Of a stretch of DNA of 37,240 nt, positions 7,647 through 16,855 are shown piece by piece. The stretch lies in IMG/VR virus record IMGVR_UViG_3300028638_000027, positions 1 to 37,240 of that record; one strand, given 5' to 3'. Both the position numbers and the translations under genes were made by a program. The notes below the pieces were generated by a model, which saw only the letters and a list, made by a program, of their open reading frames with translations, was not told the DNA's origin and searched no databases. The stretch comes from a virus (taxonomy: Duplodnaviria; Caudoviricetes). Within the stretch, counting starts at the first letter, position 1. The number at the start of each line of letters is the position of its first letter.

Positions 7647-8912
7647 TTGGCCGAACAAAACAAACCAGAAAACTCCATGGATTTGAAGATCATCCTCAAA
7701 CGCCTGGATGAACTCGTCCCCTATATCAATAATCCAAGGAAAAACGATGGTGCAGCCGTGGATAAGGTCGCTGCTTCGATTAGAGAGTTTGGCTTTAAAG
7801 TCCCCATTATCGTAGATAAGGCCGGCACTATCGTCGCGGGTCACACAAGATATAAAGCAAGTAAGAAGCTGGGTCTAACAGAAGTACCCTGCATCATTGC
7901 CGAAGAACTCACCGAACAACAAATCAAAGCGTTCAGAATCGCCGACAACCGAACAGCCGAAGAATCAAGTTGGGACTTTGAACTGCTCAGTGTTGAGCTT
8001 GAAAGTCTTGATGACTTTGACCTTTCGATCCTGGGTTTTGATGAAAATGAAATGGCTCGGATTTTGAGAAATGACGAAGTAGTCGATGATGACTTTTACG
8101 AAGATCCACCAGAAATTCCAATGACTCAGTCCGGCGATATTTGGGTCTTGGGCAGGCACAGAGTGATCTGTGGTGATGCAACGGTGAGAGATGATATCTC
8201 AAAACTGATGGGAGATGCACTTTCAGACCTTGTGCTGACAGATCCGCCATATAACGTCGACTACGAAGGCGGTACCAATGAAAAACTTAAAATTCAAAAC
8301 GATAAAATGGCCGATCTCGAATTCCTGAAGTTTCTCACCGATGCGTTCACCCTGATGTACGAGTACTCAAAAAAAGGCGCGCCGATTTATGTATTCCATG
8401 CCGACAGCGAGGGTTATAACTTCAGAAGCGCTTTTAAGGCAGCCGGATATAACCTTAGGCAATGTCTCATATGGGAGAAAAATTCTCTTGTCATGGGCAG
8501 GCAGGATTACCAGTGGCAGCATGAACCCGTCCTGTATGGATGGAAGGACGGCGCAAGCCATGCCTGGTACGGCGACAGGAAACAGACCACCATAATCAAA
8601 CACGATAAACCGCTTAGGAACGGCGAACATCCAACGATGAAGCCGATTGGACTATGCGGTTATTTTATTGCCAATTCTAGCAAAGAAGGGGACATCGTCC
8701 TGGATCCGTTTGGTGGCAGTGGAAGCACCTTGATTGCCTGTGAGCAGCTAGGCCGCGAATGCCGGATGGTCGAAATGGATCCCAAATATGTGGATGTCAT
8801 AGTTCATCGCTTTCAAAATTTTACAGGTGACAGCAGTAGCATTTATCTCATCAGAGAGGATGTTAAATTCCTATACGATGAGGTCAACAAAAACTCTGTA
8901 AAAGCCATATAA
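7647..8912 (+). CDS. ParB-like N-terminal domain fused to an N4/N6 DNA methyltransferase
   Basis: LVPYINNPRKN...IVAGHTR...RIADNR (ParB-like); LTDPPYNV, HPTMKP, VLDPFGGSGST (beta-class MTase). Confidence 0.93.
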   Translation: MAEQNKPENSMDLKIILKRLDELVPYINNPRKNDGAAVDKVAASIREFGFKVPIIVDKAGTIVAGHTRYKASKKLGLTEVPCIIAEELTEQQIKAFRIADNRTAEESSWDFELLSVELESLDDFDLSILGFDENEMARILRNDEVVDDDFYEDPPEIPMTQSGDIWVLGRHRVICGDATVRDDISKLMGDALSDLVLTDPPYNVDYEGGTNEKLKIQNDKMADLEFLKFLTDAFTLMYEYSKKGAPIYVFHADSEGYNFRSAFKAAGYNLRQCLIWEKNSLVMGRQDYQWQHEPVLYGWKDGASHAWYGDRKQTTIIKHDKPLRNGEHPTMKPIGLCGYFIANSSKEGDIVLDPFGGSGSTLIACEQLGRECRMVEMDPKYVDVIVHRFQNFTGDSSSIYLIREDVKFLYDEVNKNSVKAI

Positions 8913-8914
8913 CC

Positions 8915-8950
8915 CTTGCTATTACCTGTGTTTTGAGTGATAAATATACT
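8915..8950 (+). promoter_or_regulatory. Putative internal promoter of the downstream small gene
   Basis: TTGCTA(8916-8921) followed by TGaTAAATATACT, then RBS GGGAGG. Confidence 0.45.
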
Positions 8951-8979
8951 AACCAATACTCTAACAGGGAGGTAGTGAA

Positions 8980-9291
8980 ATGAAAGCGCTCTTCGGAAGA
9001 AAAATTGTTGATCTTGAAGAATTAAAAGACGCCACACGAATTGCAAAGCTAGAAGGCATGATTGGAACGGATTATGAGGTCACTAAAGAAGTCAGCCTAA
9101 GTGATGCTGAATTCCAGGTACTGGCGGGCAATCTCCTTGAAGATCAAACTTGGATTGACAAAGAGGATGGCGGTCCAAATGAGGACGGCGCCCTAAGATG
9201 TATCAGGGTCATCAATCTAGTCACCGATGAAAAAATCCTGATTTCATCAGAGGGTTACTCATACTGCCGGTATTCAGCCATTGAAGAATAA
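8980..9291 (+). CDS. Conserved clostridial phage hypothetical protein (DUF6329-like)
   Basis: C-terminal ILISSEGYSYCRYSA motif recalled from clostridial prophages; strong RBS. Confidence 0.65.
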   Translation: MKALFGRKIVDLEELKDATRIAKLEGMIGTDYEVTKEVSLSDAEFQVLAGNLLEDQTWIDKEDGGPNEDGALRCIRVINLVTDEKILISSEGYSYCRYSAIEE

Positions 9292-9320
9292 AAAAAAGCT
9301 GGCTTAGCGGCCAGCTTCTC
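9290..9320. terminator. Bidirectional terminator between convergent genes
   Basis: A-run, AGCTGGC-loop-GCCAGCT, TCTC. Confidence 0.6.
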
Positions 9321-9555
9321 TAATGGTCTGAATGCATTCAGGGCATAGGAGTTTACTTTTAAAAGAGATAGTTGCTCGGACAGTTTCACACAAATTGCAA
9401 CGAGGAGCATATTTTCTTAGAACAATGGTGTCCCCATCGATTAAGATTTCGAGTCCGTCTTCTTCTTCAAGATCAAAGACTGTTCTCAATTCCTTTGGAA
9501 TTACGAATCGTCCAAGATGATCTATTTTCCGTACAATACCCGTCGATCTCATCAA
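9304..9555 (-). CDS. abrB: AbrB-like transition-state regulator
   Basis: MRSTGIVRKIDHLGRFVIPKELR...IVLRKY matches the AbrB N-domain; C-terminal CxxC...LCPEC; RBS AAAGGGG. Confidence 0.85.
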   Translation of the reverse strand: MMRSTGIVRKIDHLGRFVIPKELRTVFDLEEEDGLEILIDGDTIVLRKYAPRCNLCETVRATISFKSKLLCPECIQTIREAGR

Positions 9556-9660
9556 ATACGCCCCTTTATTATTTTGCTTTGTTATTAATGGTATATTAAA
9601 ACATTTGCTAATTCAATAGTAATAAATGAAATTCAGTCATTGACTACAAGAGGTGATAAA

Positions 9661-9867
9661 ATGGACCATTTTTTTACGCAAGATGCCTGCGACAGGTGCG
9701 GGGGCTCACTTTCAAAGGGAAGAATTCTCTCGATGTACAATTTGGACTGCTTATGTCTTGACTGCAAAGAGAAAGAAAAACTTCGCAGTGACTACCGTGA
9801 AGCGGTAGAAGCAGAACACGAAGAAATCAAGAAAGGCAATTTCAACTACAAGGGGATCAAAGGCTAA
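9661..9867 (+). CDS. Small Zn-finger-like phage protein
   Basis: RBS GAGGTG before ATG 9661; CDRCGG...CLDC...KGNFNYKGI. Confidence 0.7.
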   Translation: MDHFFTQDACDRCGGSLSKGRILSMYNLDCLCLDCKEKEKLRSDYREAVEAEHEEIKKGNFNYKGIKG

Positions 9868-9875
9868 AACAGGGG

Positions 9876-10400
9876 GTGAAGATGATGGCGGGCAGAAAAC
9901 CATACCCTTTCGAGGTGATGAAGGCGACCAATGATAGGAATCGACTCACGAAAAAAGAACTGGATGGCAGACAAGCGCATGAACCGAAAATCCAGTCAGC
10001 CCTTCTTCGCTGCCCGGCACATCTGAGTCCAGAAGCCAAGAAAGAATGGAAACGTATCGTAAAACTATACAGGGAATTCGACGCGCCTATTCTCAATGAT
10101 CTCGATGTCAACGCCCTTGAAGTTTACTGTGAAGCGCTGGTCACCTACCGAAAAGCAATCAACATGGTGCGCCAGACGGCAGAAGTCGCCAAGTTTAAGG
10201 GCGATGACAAACAGCGTAAGAATCCATGGCTCACGGTCGCCAATGAAGCGGCAGGCCAGATTAAAAAATATGGTGAAATCCTGCTGCTTGACCCGGTTTC
10301 CCGCGCCCGCGTTGGTCTGGCTAAGAGTAAGGCAGAAGACGATGATGATCCTATGCTGAAACTCTTAAATACGCCAAAGACGGGTAGTCGCGATGTATGA
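9876..10400 (+). CDS. terS: Terminase small subunit, P27 family
   Basis: GRKP..., CPAHLSPEAKKEW, ALEVYC, KNPWL, LDPVSRAR. Confidence 0.9.
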   Translation: MKMMAGRKPYPFEVMKATNDRNRLTKKELDGRQAHEPKIQSALLRCPAHLSPEAKKEWKRIVKLYREFDAPILNDLDVNALEVYCEALVTYRKAINMVRQTAEVAKFKGDDKQRKNPWLTVANEAAGQIKKYGEILLLDPVSRARVGLAKSKAEDDDDPMLKLLNTPKTGSRDV

Positions 10401-11949
10401 TGAATCCCGCGCTCAGCGGGCCGTCAAATTCATCGAATGGCTGAAGCACACCAAAGGCAAGTGGCGCGGGGAGAACTTTGAACTGCTGAAATGGCAAAGA
10501 GATATCATTGAAGAGGTCTACGGTACCCTTGACGAACGGAACCAGCGGCAGTACCGATTTGTGTATCTTGAAATCCCAAAGAAAAACGGTAAAACGGAAC
10601 TGGCCGCTGCGGCGGGACTTTACCACACATTTGCAGATGATGAAATCAAAGGCGAGGTATACGGCTGCGCATCAGACAGAGCGCAAGCCTCCCTCGCCTT
10701 TGACGTTGCAGTCGATATGGTTGATCAGAGTCCGGTTCTCAAAAGAAGGTGTAAGTATAGAGCCAGCCATAAGCGCCTTGAGGATCTTAAAACCGGGTCC
10801 TTTTATCAGGTTCTCTCAAGCGAGGCCTATACCAAGCACGGCCTAAACGCCAGCGCGGTGATCTTTGACGAGCTGCACGCCCAGCCAAACCGCGACCTTT
10901 GGGATGTTATGACCTTCGGTGCGGGGGATGCCAGGCGCGAGCCTATCTGGTGGGTTATTACAACGGCTGGCGACGACCCCGACCGACTGAGTATAGGATG
11001 GGAAATCCACGAAAAAGCCAGGCGTATTCTCGACGGGGAAATCATGGATCCCAGGTGGTATGTCAAAATATATGGTGCCTCTGAAGATTCAGACCCCTGG
11101 GATGAAGCCTTGTGGTATAAGGTAAACCCTTCCCTTGATCAAACCATTGACATAGAAACGGTCCGCCAAGCGGCGCTCTCAGCTAGAAATAGCGAATCTG
11201 AGGAGCGCCTTTTTAGATGGCTTCGCTTAAATCAGTGGATCAGCCTCAAACGCACCGGATGGCTGCCGCTGACGCTTTGGGACATGACGGTTGGCGACTG
11301 GGGATATGAGGATCTTGTCGGAAAGAAGTGTTACGGTGGCCTAGATCTCTCCAGCACCGGTGACATTACGGGGTTGTGTCTACTTTTCCCGCCTCAAAAG
11401 GGCGTCAGGGAGTGGCGATCCATTTATGAGGCATGGATCCCGGAGGATAACATGAACGAACGAATCCGGCGCGACCATGTGCCCTATGACCGGTGGGTAG
11501 GCGAGAAAAGCCTTCATGCCACGCCAGGAAATGTCATCGACTATGAATTCGTCGAAGCAAGAATCATGACATTATCTCGCCATTATACCATTGCAGCCCT
11601 TGCAACGGACCCCTGGAACAGCCGGATGCTAACTCAAAGGCTGATGAAAAAGGGCCTTGAAGTCATCGAGATGCCCCAGACTATGCTGCACATGAATCCT
11701 GCCATGAAGGAAATCGAGCGGCTGATGAAAACCGGTGAACTCTCCCACGAGAAGCACCCGGTCGCCCGTTGGTGCTTTGGTAATGTGACCATCGCCATTG
11801 ACGGCAACGGTAATATTAAGCCGATGAAGAACAAGTCTATTGAGAAAATTGACGTCATCGTGGCGATGATCAATGCCATGTCGATTGCAATGAAGCTTGA
11901 AGACAATCAAAGCGTCTATGAGCGTCGCGGCATGGCGTCGCTATTATAA
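10393..11949 (+). CDS. terL: Terminase large subunit
   Basis: Walker A PKKNGKT, Walker B VIFDELH, ITTAG, GGLDLSSTGD, KIDVIVA. Confidence 0.97.
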   Translation: MYDESRAQRAVKFIEWLKHTKGKWRGENFELLKWQRDIIEEVYGTLDERNQRQYRFVYLEIPKKNGKTELAAAAGLYHTFADDEIKGEVYGCASDRAQASLAFDVAVDMVDQSPVLKRRCKYRASHKRLEDLKTGSFYQVLSSEAYTKHGLNASAVIFDELHAQPNRDLWDVMTFGAGDARREPIWWVITTAGDDPDRLSIGWEIHEKARRILDGEIMDPRWYVKIYGASEDSDPWDEALWYKVNPSLDQTIDIETVRQAALSARNSESEERLFRWLRLNQWISLKRTGWLPLTLWDMTVGDWGYEDLVGKKCYGGLDLSSTGDITGLCLLFPPQKGVREWRSIYEAWIPEDNMNERIRRDHVPYDRWVGEKSLHATPGNVIDYEFVEARIMTLSRHYTIAALATDPWNSRMLTQRLMKKGLEVIEMPQTMLHMNPAMKEIERLMKTGELSHEKHPVARWCFGNVTIAIDGNGNIKPMKNKSIEKIDVIVAMINAMSIAMKLEDNQSVYERRGMASLL

Positions 11950-11964
11950 AGGGGGCGAGCCAAT

Positions 11965-13254
11965 TTGAACTTTTGGGATCGACTAAAAATCGCAGTGATG
12001 CCGGAGAATAACCTCATGAGTATCCTGCAGAAATACGCAAACGACTTTTTAGCTGGCGAGGACATGCCAGCCTCATCCTATAATGCCATAGATGCACAGA
12101 CGGCCCTGACTTACTCGGCCGTTTTTTCATGTAACCGTGTCCTTTCTGAGACCCTGGCATCCTGCCCCATCTTTCTGTACCAGAAGGATGCGAAGGGAAG
12201 CCGTAAGGTCTTATCAAACACCCGTGAACACGACCTGCTTCATAATGCTCCAAGTGATGAAATGACGCCCGGTGCTTTCAAAGAGTTTGGGATGTCGAGC
12301 ATCAACCTGGGTGGCAATATGTTTGCTCAGAAGATCCGAAATGCCTATGGAGAGATCATTCAGTTGCGGCCAATATCATGGGACCGCGTTGAGATAAGGA
12401 TCCATAAAACCACCGGTGCCTATGAATATTATCTCGACTCAAGCACCTCAACACCGCTTTCACGCGTAGATATCCTGCACATCCCCGGGCTTACGATGAA
12501 CGGTTATATTGGCGTGACACCCATCGAATACGCCCAGGCAGCGCTTAAGGTCGGTATCTATCAAGAGGTCTTTCAGCAGAACTTTTATAAGAACGGCGTC
12601 ATGACCTCAGGCATTTTCGAACATCCGGGAGCCCTTAGTAACGAAGCCTTTGAACGCCTTAAGAGTGATCTAACGAAGAACTATGCCGGCATGAAGAACT
12701 CAGGCGTTCCGATGATCCTCGAAGAAGGGATGAAGTTTTCGCCGGTGACCATGAAGTTATCCGATGCCCAGTTTATCGAGTCAAAGCGCTTTCAGCTAGA
12801 AGACATCGCTCGAATGTTTCGGGTTCCGCTTCATCTGATTGGCGACTTAACCCGTTCTACCAACAACAACATTGAGCATCAATCCCTGGAATTCATTATT
12901 TACACCATGCTGCCCCATTTCAAGCGGTGGGAGGAAAACCTAAACCTGCAGCTTCTCACACCAGCGGACCGCATGGCCGGTAAGTATTTCGAGTTTAAGA
13001 TTGATGCCCTGCTGAGAGGCGACATTGCCTCAAGATACACCGCTTATGCAACGGCAAGACAGTGGGGATGGCTGTCGGTCAATGACATTCTGCGCCTTGA
13101 GAACATGAACGGCATTGGACAAAAAGGAGATATCTATCTTCAGCCTATGAACATGGTCGAAGCTGGCACTGAGCCGGTGGAAAAGCCCAAGGTGAGTGAA
13201 AAGGTAGCTGCCGAGCTCAGACAAATCATTGAAAGAGGTGGAAAGCTTGAATAA
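11965..13254 (+). CDS. Portal protein, HK97 family
   Basis: ALTYSAVFSC, ILHIPGL...GVTPI, ILEEGMKF, DAQFIESKRF...IARMFRVP, LLRGD. Confidence 0.96.
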   Translation: MNFWDRLKIAVMPENNLMSILQKYANDFLAGEDMPASSYNAIDAQTALTYSAVFSCNRVLSETLASCPIFLYQKDAKGSRKVLSNTREHDLLHNAPSDEMTPGAFKEFGMSSINLGGNMFAQKIRNAYGEIIQLRPISWDRVEIRIHKTTGAYEYYLDSSTSTPLSRVDILHIPGLTMNGYIGVTPIEYAQAALKVGIYQEVFQQNFYKNGVMTSGIFEHPGALSNEAFERLKSDLTKNYAGMKNSGVPMILEEGMKFSPVTMKLSDAQFIESKRFQLEDIARMFRVPLHLIGDLTRSTNNNIEHQSLEFIIYTMLPHFKRWEENLNLQLLTPADRMAGKYFEFKIDALLRGDIASRYTAYATARQWGWLSVNDILRLENMNGIGQKGDIYLQPMNMVEAGTEPVEKPKVSEKVAAELRQIIERGGKLE

Positions 13255-13984
13255 GTTTTGGAACTGGATGTACAACGAGGAAACCGATGAGGACGAATTG
13301 ATACTCAGCGGAGTGATCGCTGAAGAATCCTGGTGGGGTGATGAAGTCACGCCTAAACTGTTTAAATTTGAACTTGCTAAACACAAAGGGCGAAGTCTCA
13401 CCATCTGGCTCAATTCCCCGGGTGGAGATGTGTTCGCTGCTTCTCAAATCTACACGGCCCTAATGGAACATAAAGGCGACATCACGATTAAGATTGACGG
13501 CGTTGCAGCAAGTGCTGCGTCAGTCATCGCCATGGCAGGAACGAGGACACTTATGGCCCCTACCTCCATCATGATGGTCCATAACCCCTGGACAGTGGCG
13601 ATGGGTGAGGCGAAAGACCTTGAGCATATGATTGACGTTCTCGGTGAGGTCAAAGAAACGATTCTAAACGCCTATGAGCTTAAAACAGGTATGCAGCGCG
13701 CTAAAATATCGCGGCTTATGGATGATGAAACCTGGATGAATGCGAAAAAAGCACTCTCTGAAGGATTTATCGACGGGATCCTTTACACGGACCACGGCAG
13801 TAACGACACCGCTGAAGCCTATAGCTATAGCCGCATGACGGTTTTTAACTCACTGTGCGACAGGATCACTAATGATAAATCGCCTATGACCTGGACGACC
13901 ACAACCGTGGAAACCCGGCAAGCGCCGGCTGACCTATATGAAAAACTGCTTGAAAATAGAAAGAGGAGGCTGAATTCATTATGA
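13247..13984 (+). CDS. ClpP-type prohead maturation protease
   Basis: LNSPGGDV, AASAASVI, MMVHNP, ETWMNA; start moved to TTG 13247 after GAGGTG. Confidence 0.93.
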   Translation: MNKFWNWMYNEETDEDELILSGVIAEESWWGDEVTPKLFKFELAKHKGRSLTIWLNSPGGDVFAASQIYTALMEHKGDITIKIDGVAASAASVIAMAGTRTLMAPTSIMMVHNPWTVAMGEAKDLEHMIDVLGEVKETILNAYELKTGMQRAKISRLMDDETWMNAKKALSEGFIDGILYTDHGSNDTAEAYSYSRMTVFNSLCDRITNDKSPMTWTTTTVETRQAPADLYEKLLENRKRRLNSL

Positions 13985-15252
13985 ATCTGAAAGAACAACT
14001 TAGAGGCAAACTGGACGCGCAGGGGGCACTGGTGAAGACCGCAATTGATGAAAACCGGGCCATGACAGAAGATGAACAGGTCGTCTACAACACGATGAGC
14101 GCAGAAATTGACGCTCTCGAGATCACCCTCAAAGCACAGGAAGACATGGTAAAAAGGGAAGCTGAGATGAAAAAGCCGGCTGGCGGTGGTCTCATTATCC
14201 CGGCAGAAGCAAGAAAAGATGCCCCGAAGTTTCAAACACTGGGCGAATTCTTAGGTGCTGTTAAAGACGCCTCTGACCCCTTTGGCACTGTCGATAACCG
14301 GCTGATGCCAATGATGAAAAATGCGACTGGTATGAATGAACAGGTCAACTCAGAAGGCGGATTTGTAGTTGAAACCACCTATGTAAAAGAACTGATGCAG
14401 CGGGCCTATGACAAAGCGCCCATTGCTAACCGCGCCCGTAAGTTTCCCCTCGGTTCTAATTCCAACCGTATTAAGATCCCTGGGGTCGATGAAAACAGCA
14501 GAGCCAATGGTTCAAGGCTCGGTGGCGTTCATGCGTTCTGGACCGGTGAAGCTCAAACGGTTCCGGCCACGAAGCCAGCATTTAGAAACATTGAGCTCGA
14601 ACTTGAAAAACTGATGGCGCTTTGTTATGTCACCGATGAGCTGCTTCAGGACTCTACTGCGCTTGATACCTTTATCCGAATGGCCTTTGAAGAAGAGATG
14701 GCCTTTAAGCTTGACGACGCCATTCTTAACGGTACGGGTGCGGGCATGCCGCTTGGCATCATGAACTCAGGTGCCCTCGTCACCGTTGCAAAAGAAGGGT
14801 CCCAGGCTGCGAACTCCATCCTACACGCCAATCTCACAAAAATGTGGAACCGCCTATGGGGCAGAAACAGGGCCAGCGCGGCTTGGTTTATCAACCAGGA
14901 CGTTGAGCCTCAGCTTCAGGATATGCTTCACAGCGCCGGGATCATAAGTCCATACGCGCGTGAATACGTCGAGCGCGGTACAATTCTCGGTCGTCCAGTC
15001 GTTCCGGTGGAACAGGCATCTACCCTTGGCACCCTGGGTGATATCGTCCTTGCAGACATGAGCCAGTATTTCATGATCGAAAAAGGCGGGATCGATGCCC
15101 AGGTGTCGATGCATGTCAGGTTCCTTTATGACGAGCAGATCTTCCGTTTCATTTACAGAGCTGACGGTCAACCGGCCTGGGTCGCGCCACTTTCTCCATA
15201 TAAGGGTTCAACGACCTATTCTCCGTTTATCACCCTTGCAACCCGTTCATAA
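13981..15252 (+). CDS. Major capsid protein, HK97 fold with N-terminal delta domain
   Basis: Coiled-coil N-terminus, EGGFVV, WTGE, VTDELLQDS, ILNGTGAGMPLGI, ILGRPVV, RADGQP. Confidence 0.95.
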   Translation: MNLKEQLRGKLDAQGALVKTAIDENRAMTEDEQVVYNTMSAEIDALEITLKAQEDMVKREAEMKKPAGGGLIIPAEARKDAPKFQTLGEFLGAVKDASDPFGTVDNRLMPMMKNATGMNEQVNSEGGFVVETTYVKELMQRAYDKAPIANRARKFPLGSNSNRIKIPGVDENSRANGSRLGGVHAFWTGEAQTVPATKPAFRNIELELEKLMALCYVTDELLQDSTALDTFIRMAFEEEMAFKLDDAILNGTGAGMPLGIMNSGALVTVAKEGSQAANSILHANLTKMWNRLWGRNRASAAWFINQDVEPQLQDMLHSAGIISPYAREYVERGTILGRPVVPVEQASTLGTLGDIVLADMSQYFMIEKGGIDAQVSMHVRFLYDEQIFRFIYRADGQPAWVAPLSPYKGSTTYSPFITLATRS

Positions 15253-15273
15253 TTAACCTAGGAGGTCAAAATC

Positions 15274-15756
15274 ATGGGAATTAATCTCGCATATAATTTT
15301 AAACTGGTGCAGGGCATTCAGCCTCGCACCACCAACGGCGGCTTTACGTCAGACGTTATCAGTCTGAAGAACTATAAAAAGGCGACAATTATTGTCGAAC
15401 TGACTCAGGCCGTCGGTCACGCCACGGCTTTCACGCTGAACCAATACGACGCTGTCGGTGGTACGGGTAAAGCGCTAACTGGCGACGTGCTCATCTGGGC
15501 CAATGAAGACACCGCTACGAACGATACCTTGGTCCGTAAAACCGACGCCAAAGCTTATACAGTAGCGGCAGATGTTAAGAACAAAACCATCATCTTTGAG
15601 GTTGAGCCAAGCATCGCACTGGATCTTGCCAACAACTACGACTGTATCGCCCTCGTTGTCGCTAACAGTGGCCAGGCGACGAACTTTGTCAGCATCACGT
15701 TTGTACTTGAACCTAGGTACATGCAGGCGACGCCACCATCTGCCATTGTTGACTGA
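15274..15756 (+). CDS. Putative capsid decoration protein
   Basis: Beta-rich 160 aa, immediately after the capsid gene and before a terminator; function inferred from position. Confidence 0.55.
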   Translation: MGINLAYNFKLVQGIQPRTTNGGFTSDVISLKNYKKATIIVELTQAVGHATAFTLNQYDAVGGTGKALTGDVLIWANEDTATNDTLVRKTDAKAYTVAADVKNKTIIFEVEPSIALDLANNYDCIALVVANSGQATNFVSITFVLEPRYMQATPPSAIVD

Positions 15757-15763
15757 TACACAT

Positions 15764-15790
15764 GGGGCCGGGTTTAACCGGCTCCTTTTT
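15764..15790 (+). terminator. Intrinsic terminator after capsid/decoration genes
   Basis: GGGGCCGG-GTTTAA-CCGGCTCC-TTTTT. Confidence 0.75.
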
Positions 15791-15807
15791 ATGAAAGGGT
15801 GATTTAA

Positions 15808-15969
15808 TTGTTTACAGCAAAAGGCGGTGTAAAAAAAGTCATCATTGAAGCCGTCGTCACTCGTTCTGACGGTACTGTCGAGGATCTCGGCAAGATCGCA
15901 GAGATCAAAAAACCGGTGGGCCTTATCGGCAAAATGAAGTCAGGCGCACTTAAAAAAGTAAAGGGGTGA
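15808..15969 (+). CDS. Small basic hypothetical protein (53 aa)
   Basis: Below the ORF-track cut-off: RBS AAAGGGTG, TTG start, MFTAKGGVKKVIIEAVVTRSDGTVEDLGKIAEIKKPVGLIGKMKSGALKKVKG. Confidence 0.7.
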   Translation: MFTAKGGVKKVIIEAVVTRSDGTVEDLGKIAEIKKPVGLIGKMKSGALKKVKG

Positions 15970-15975
15970 AAATAA

Positions 15976-16365
15976 ATGGCTGATACCGTCTATGTCGTGA
16001 ATAACGGCCTGGGACTTGTCACTGCAGCTCTCGCCGCATCCGCTCACAAATACGTGGCATGGGGGACAGGCGTCACCGCCGCCACCGTCACCGATACCAC
16101 GATGCAAACCGCGGCCGCACCAACCGCGACGACTGCTGAAACTGGCACTCAGACACAACAAACCACGACAACAACGAACGACACTTATCAAGTCGTGGCC
16201 ACCATCACGGCCGGTGGTACGCTTGCGATTACTGAGGTCGGGATCTTAAATCAGGCGACCCTATCCGGCGCGACGTTGTATCTGCGGGGGACTTTCTCTG
16301 CGATCAACGTCTCATCCGGCGACTCGATTCAGTTCACAATCAAGACCGTGTTCGATCAGGCGTAA
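15976..16365 (+). CDS. Small fibre/collar-like structural protein
   Basis: NNGLGLV...YVAWGTG...ITEVGIL...RGTFSAINVSSGDSIQFT resembles tail-collar/fibre N-terminal-type modules. Confidence 0.6.
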   Translation: MADTVYVVNNGLGLVTAALAASAHKYVAWGTGVTAATVTDTTMQTAAAPTATTAETGTQTQQTTTTTNDTYQVVATITAGGTLAITEVGILNQATLSGATLYLRGTFSAINVSSGDSIQFTIKTVFDQA

Positions 16366-16372
16366 AATGACG

Positions 16373-16399
16373 GGGCCGGCGGTATCCGGCCCTATTCTT
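16373..16399 (+). terminator. Hairpin (weak terminator or attenuator)
   Basis: GGGCCGG-CGGTAT-CCGGCCC followed by TATTCTT. Confidence 0.55.
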
Positions 16400-16420
16400 A
16401 AGCTACCCAGAGGTGATGAT

Positions 16421-16837
16421 ATGACGAAAAATGAAATCACTGCAGAGATCCTATCTAGTCCGCTCGTTCACAAATTAATCAACACCCGCCAAACCGGATT
16501 ACTGGCAGACGGGACCGCGATTTACTCAATTGAGTTTCTTGAGGTCCTTGAAAAGTCTGCGACACTACGCGCGGTCAGTATCTACGTTCTCGATGAAGGT
16601 CTTCCGTCTGAGGCGGCCTATTATAGGGACGTTGAGGCATCTCCTGCGATTCAGACCTTTAGTGACAAACTGAAACCGCTTCTTAAGCTGTATAACGCCA
16701 GTATTATCGAGAGCGGTAACACCTGGGCGCTCGCAGAGACGAACATCCTTATTGAAAATGCGGGAGTGTTCACCATAAAAAAAGACCAGTATTTCGTCGT
16801 GGATGGAGATCCGATCACCATCACTAAAATCGGCTAA
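16421..16837 (+). CDS. Hypothetical protein
   Basis: Start moved to ATG 16421 after GAGGTG; no family recognised. Confidence 0.65.
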   Translation: MTKNEITAEILSSPLVHKLINTRQTGLLADGTAIYSIEFLEVLEKSATLRAVSIYVLDEGLPSEAAYYRDVEASPAIQTFSDKLKPLLKLYNASIIESGNTWALAETNILIENAGVFTIKKDQYFVVDGDPITITKIG

Positions 16838-16855
16838 TTGTAGGAGGGCGAGTCT

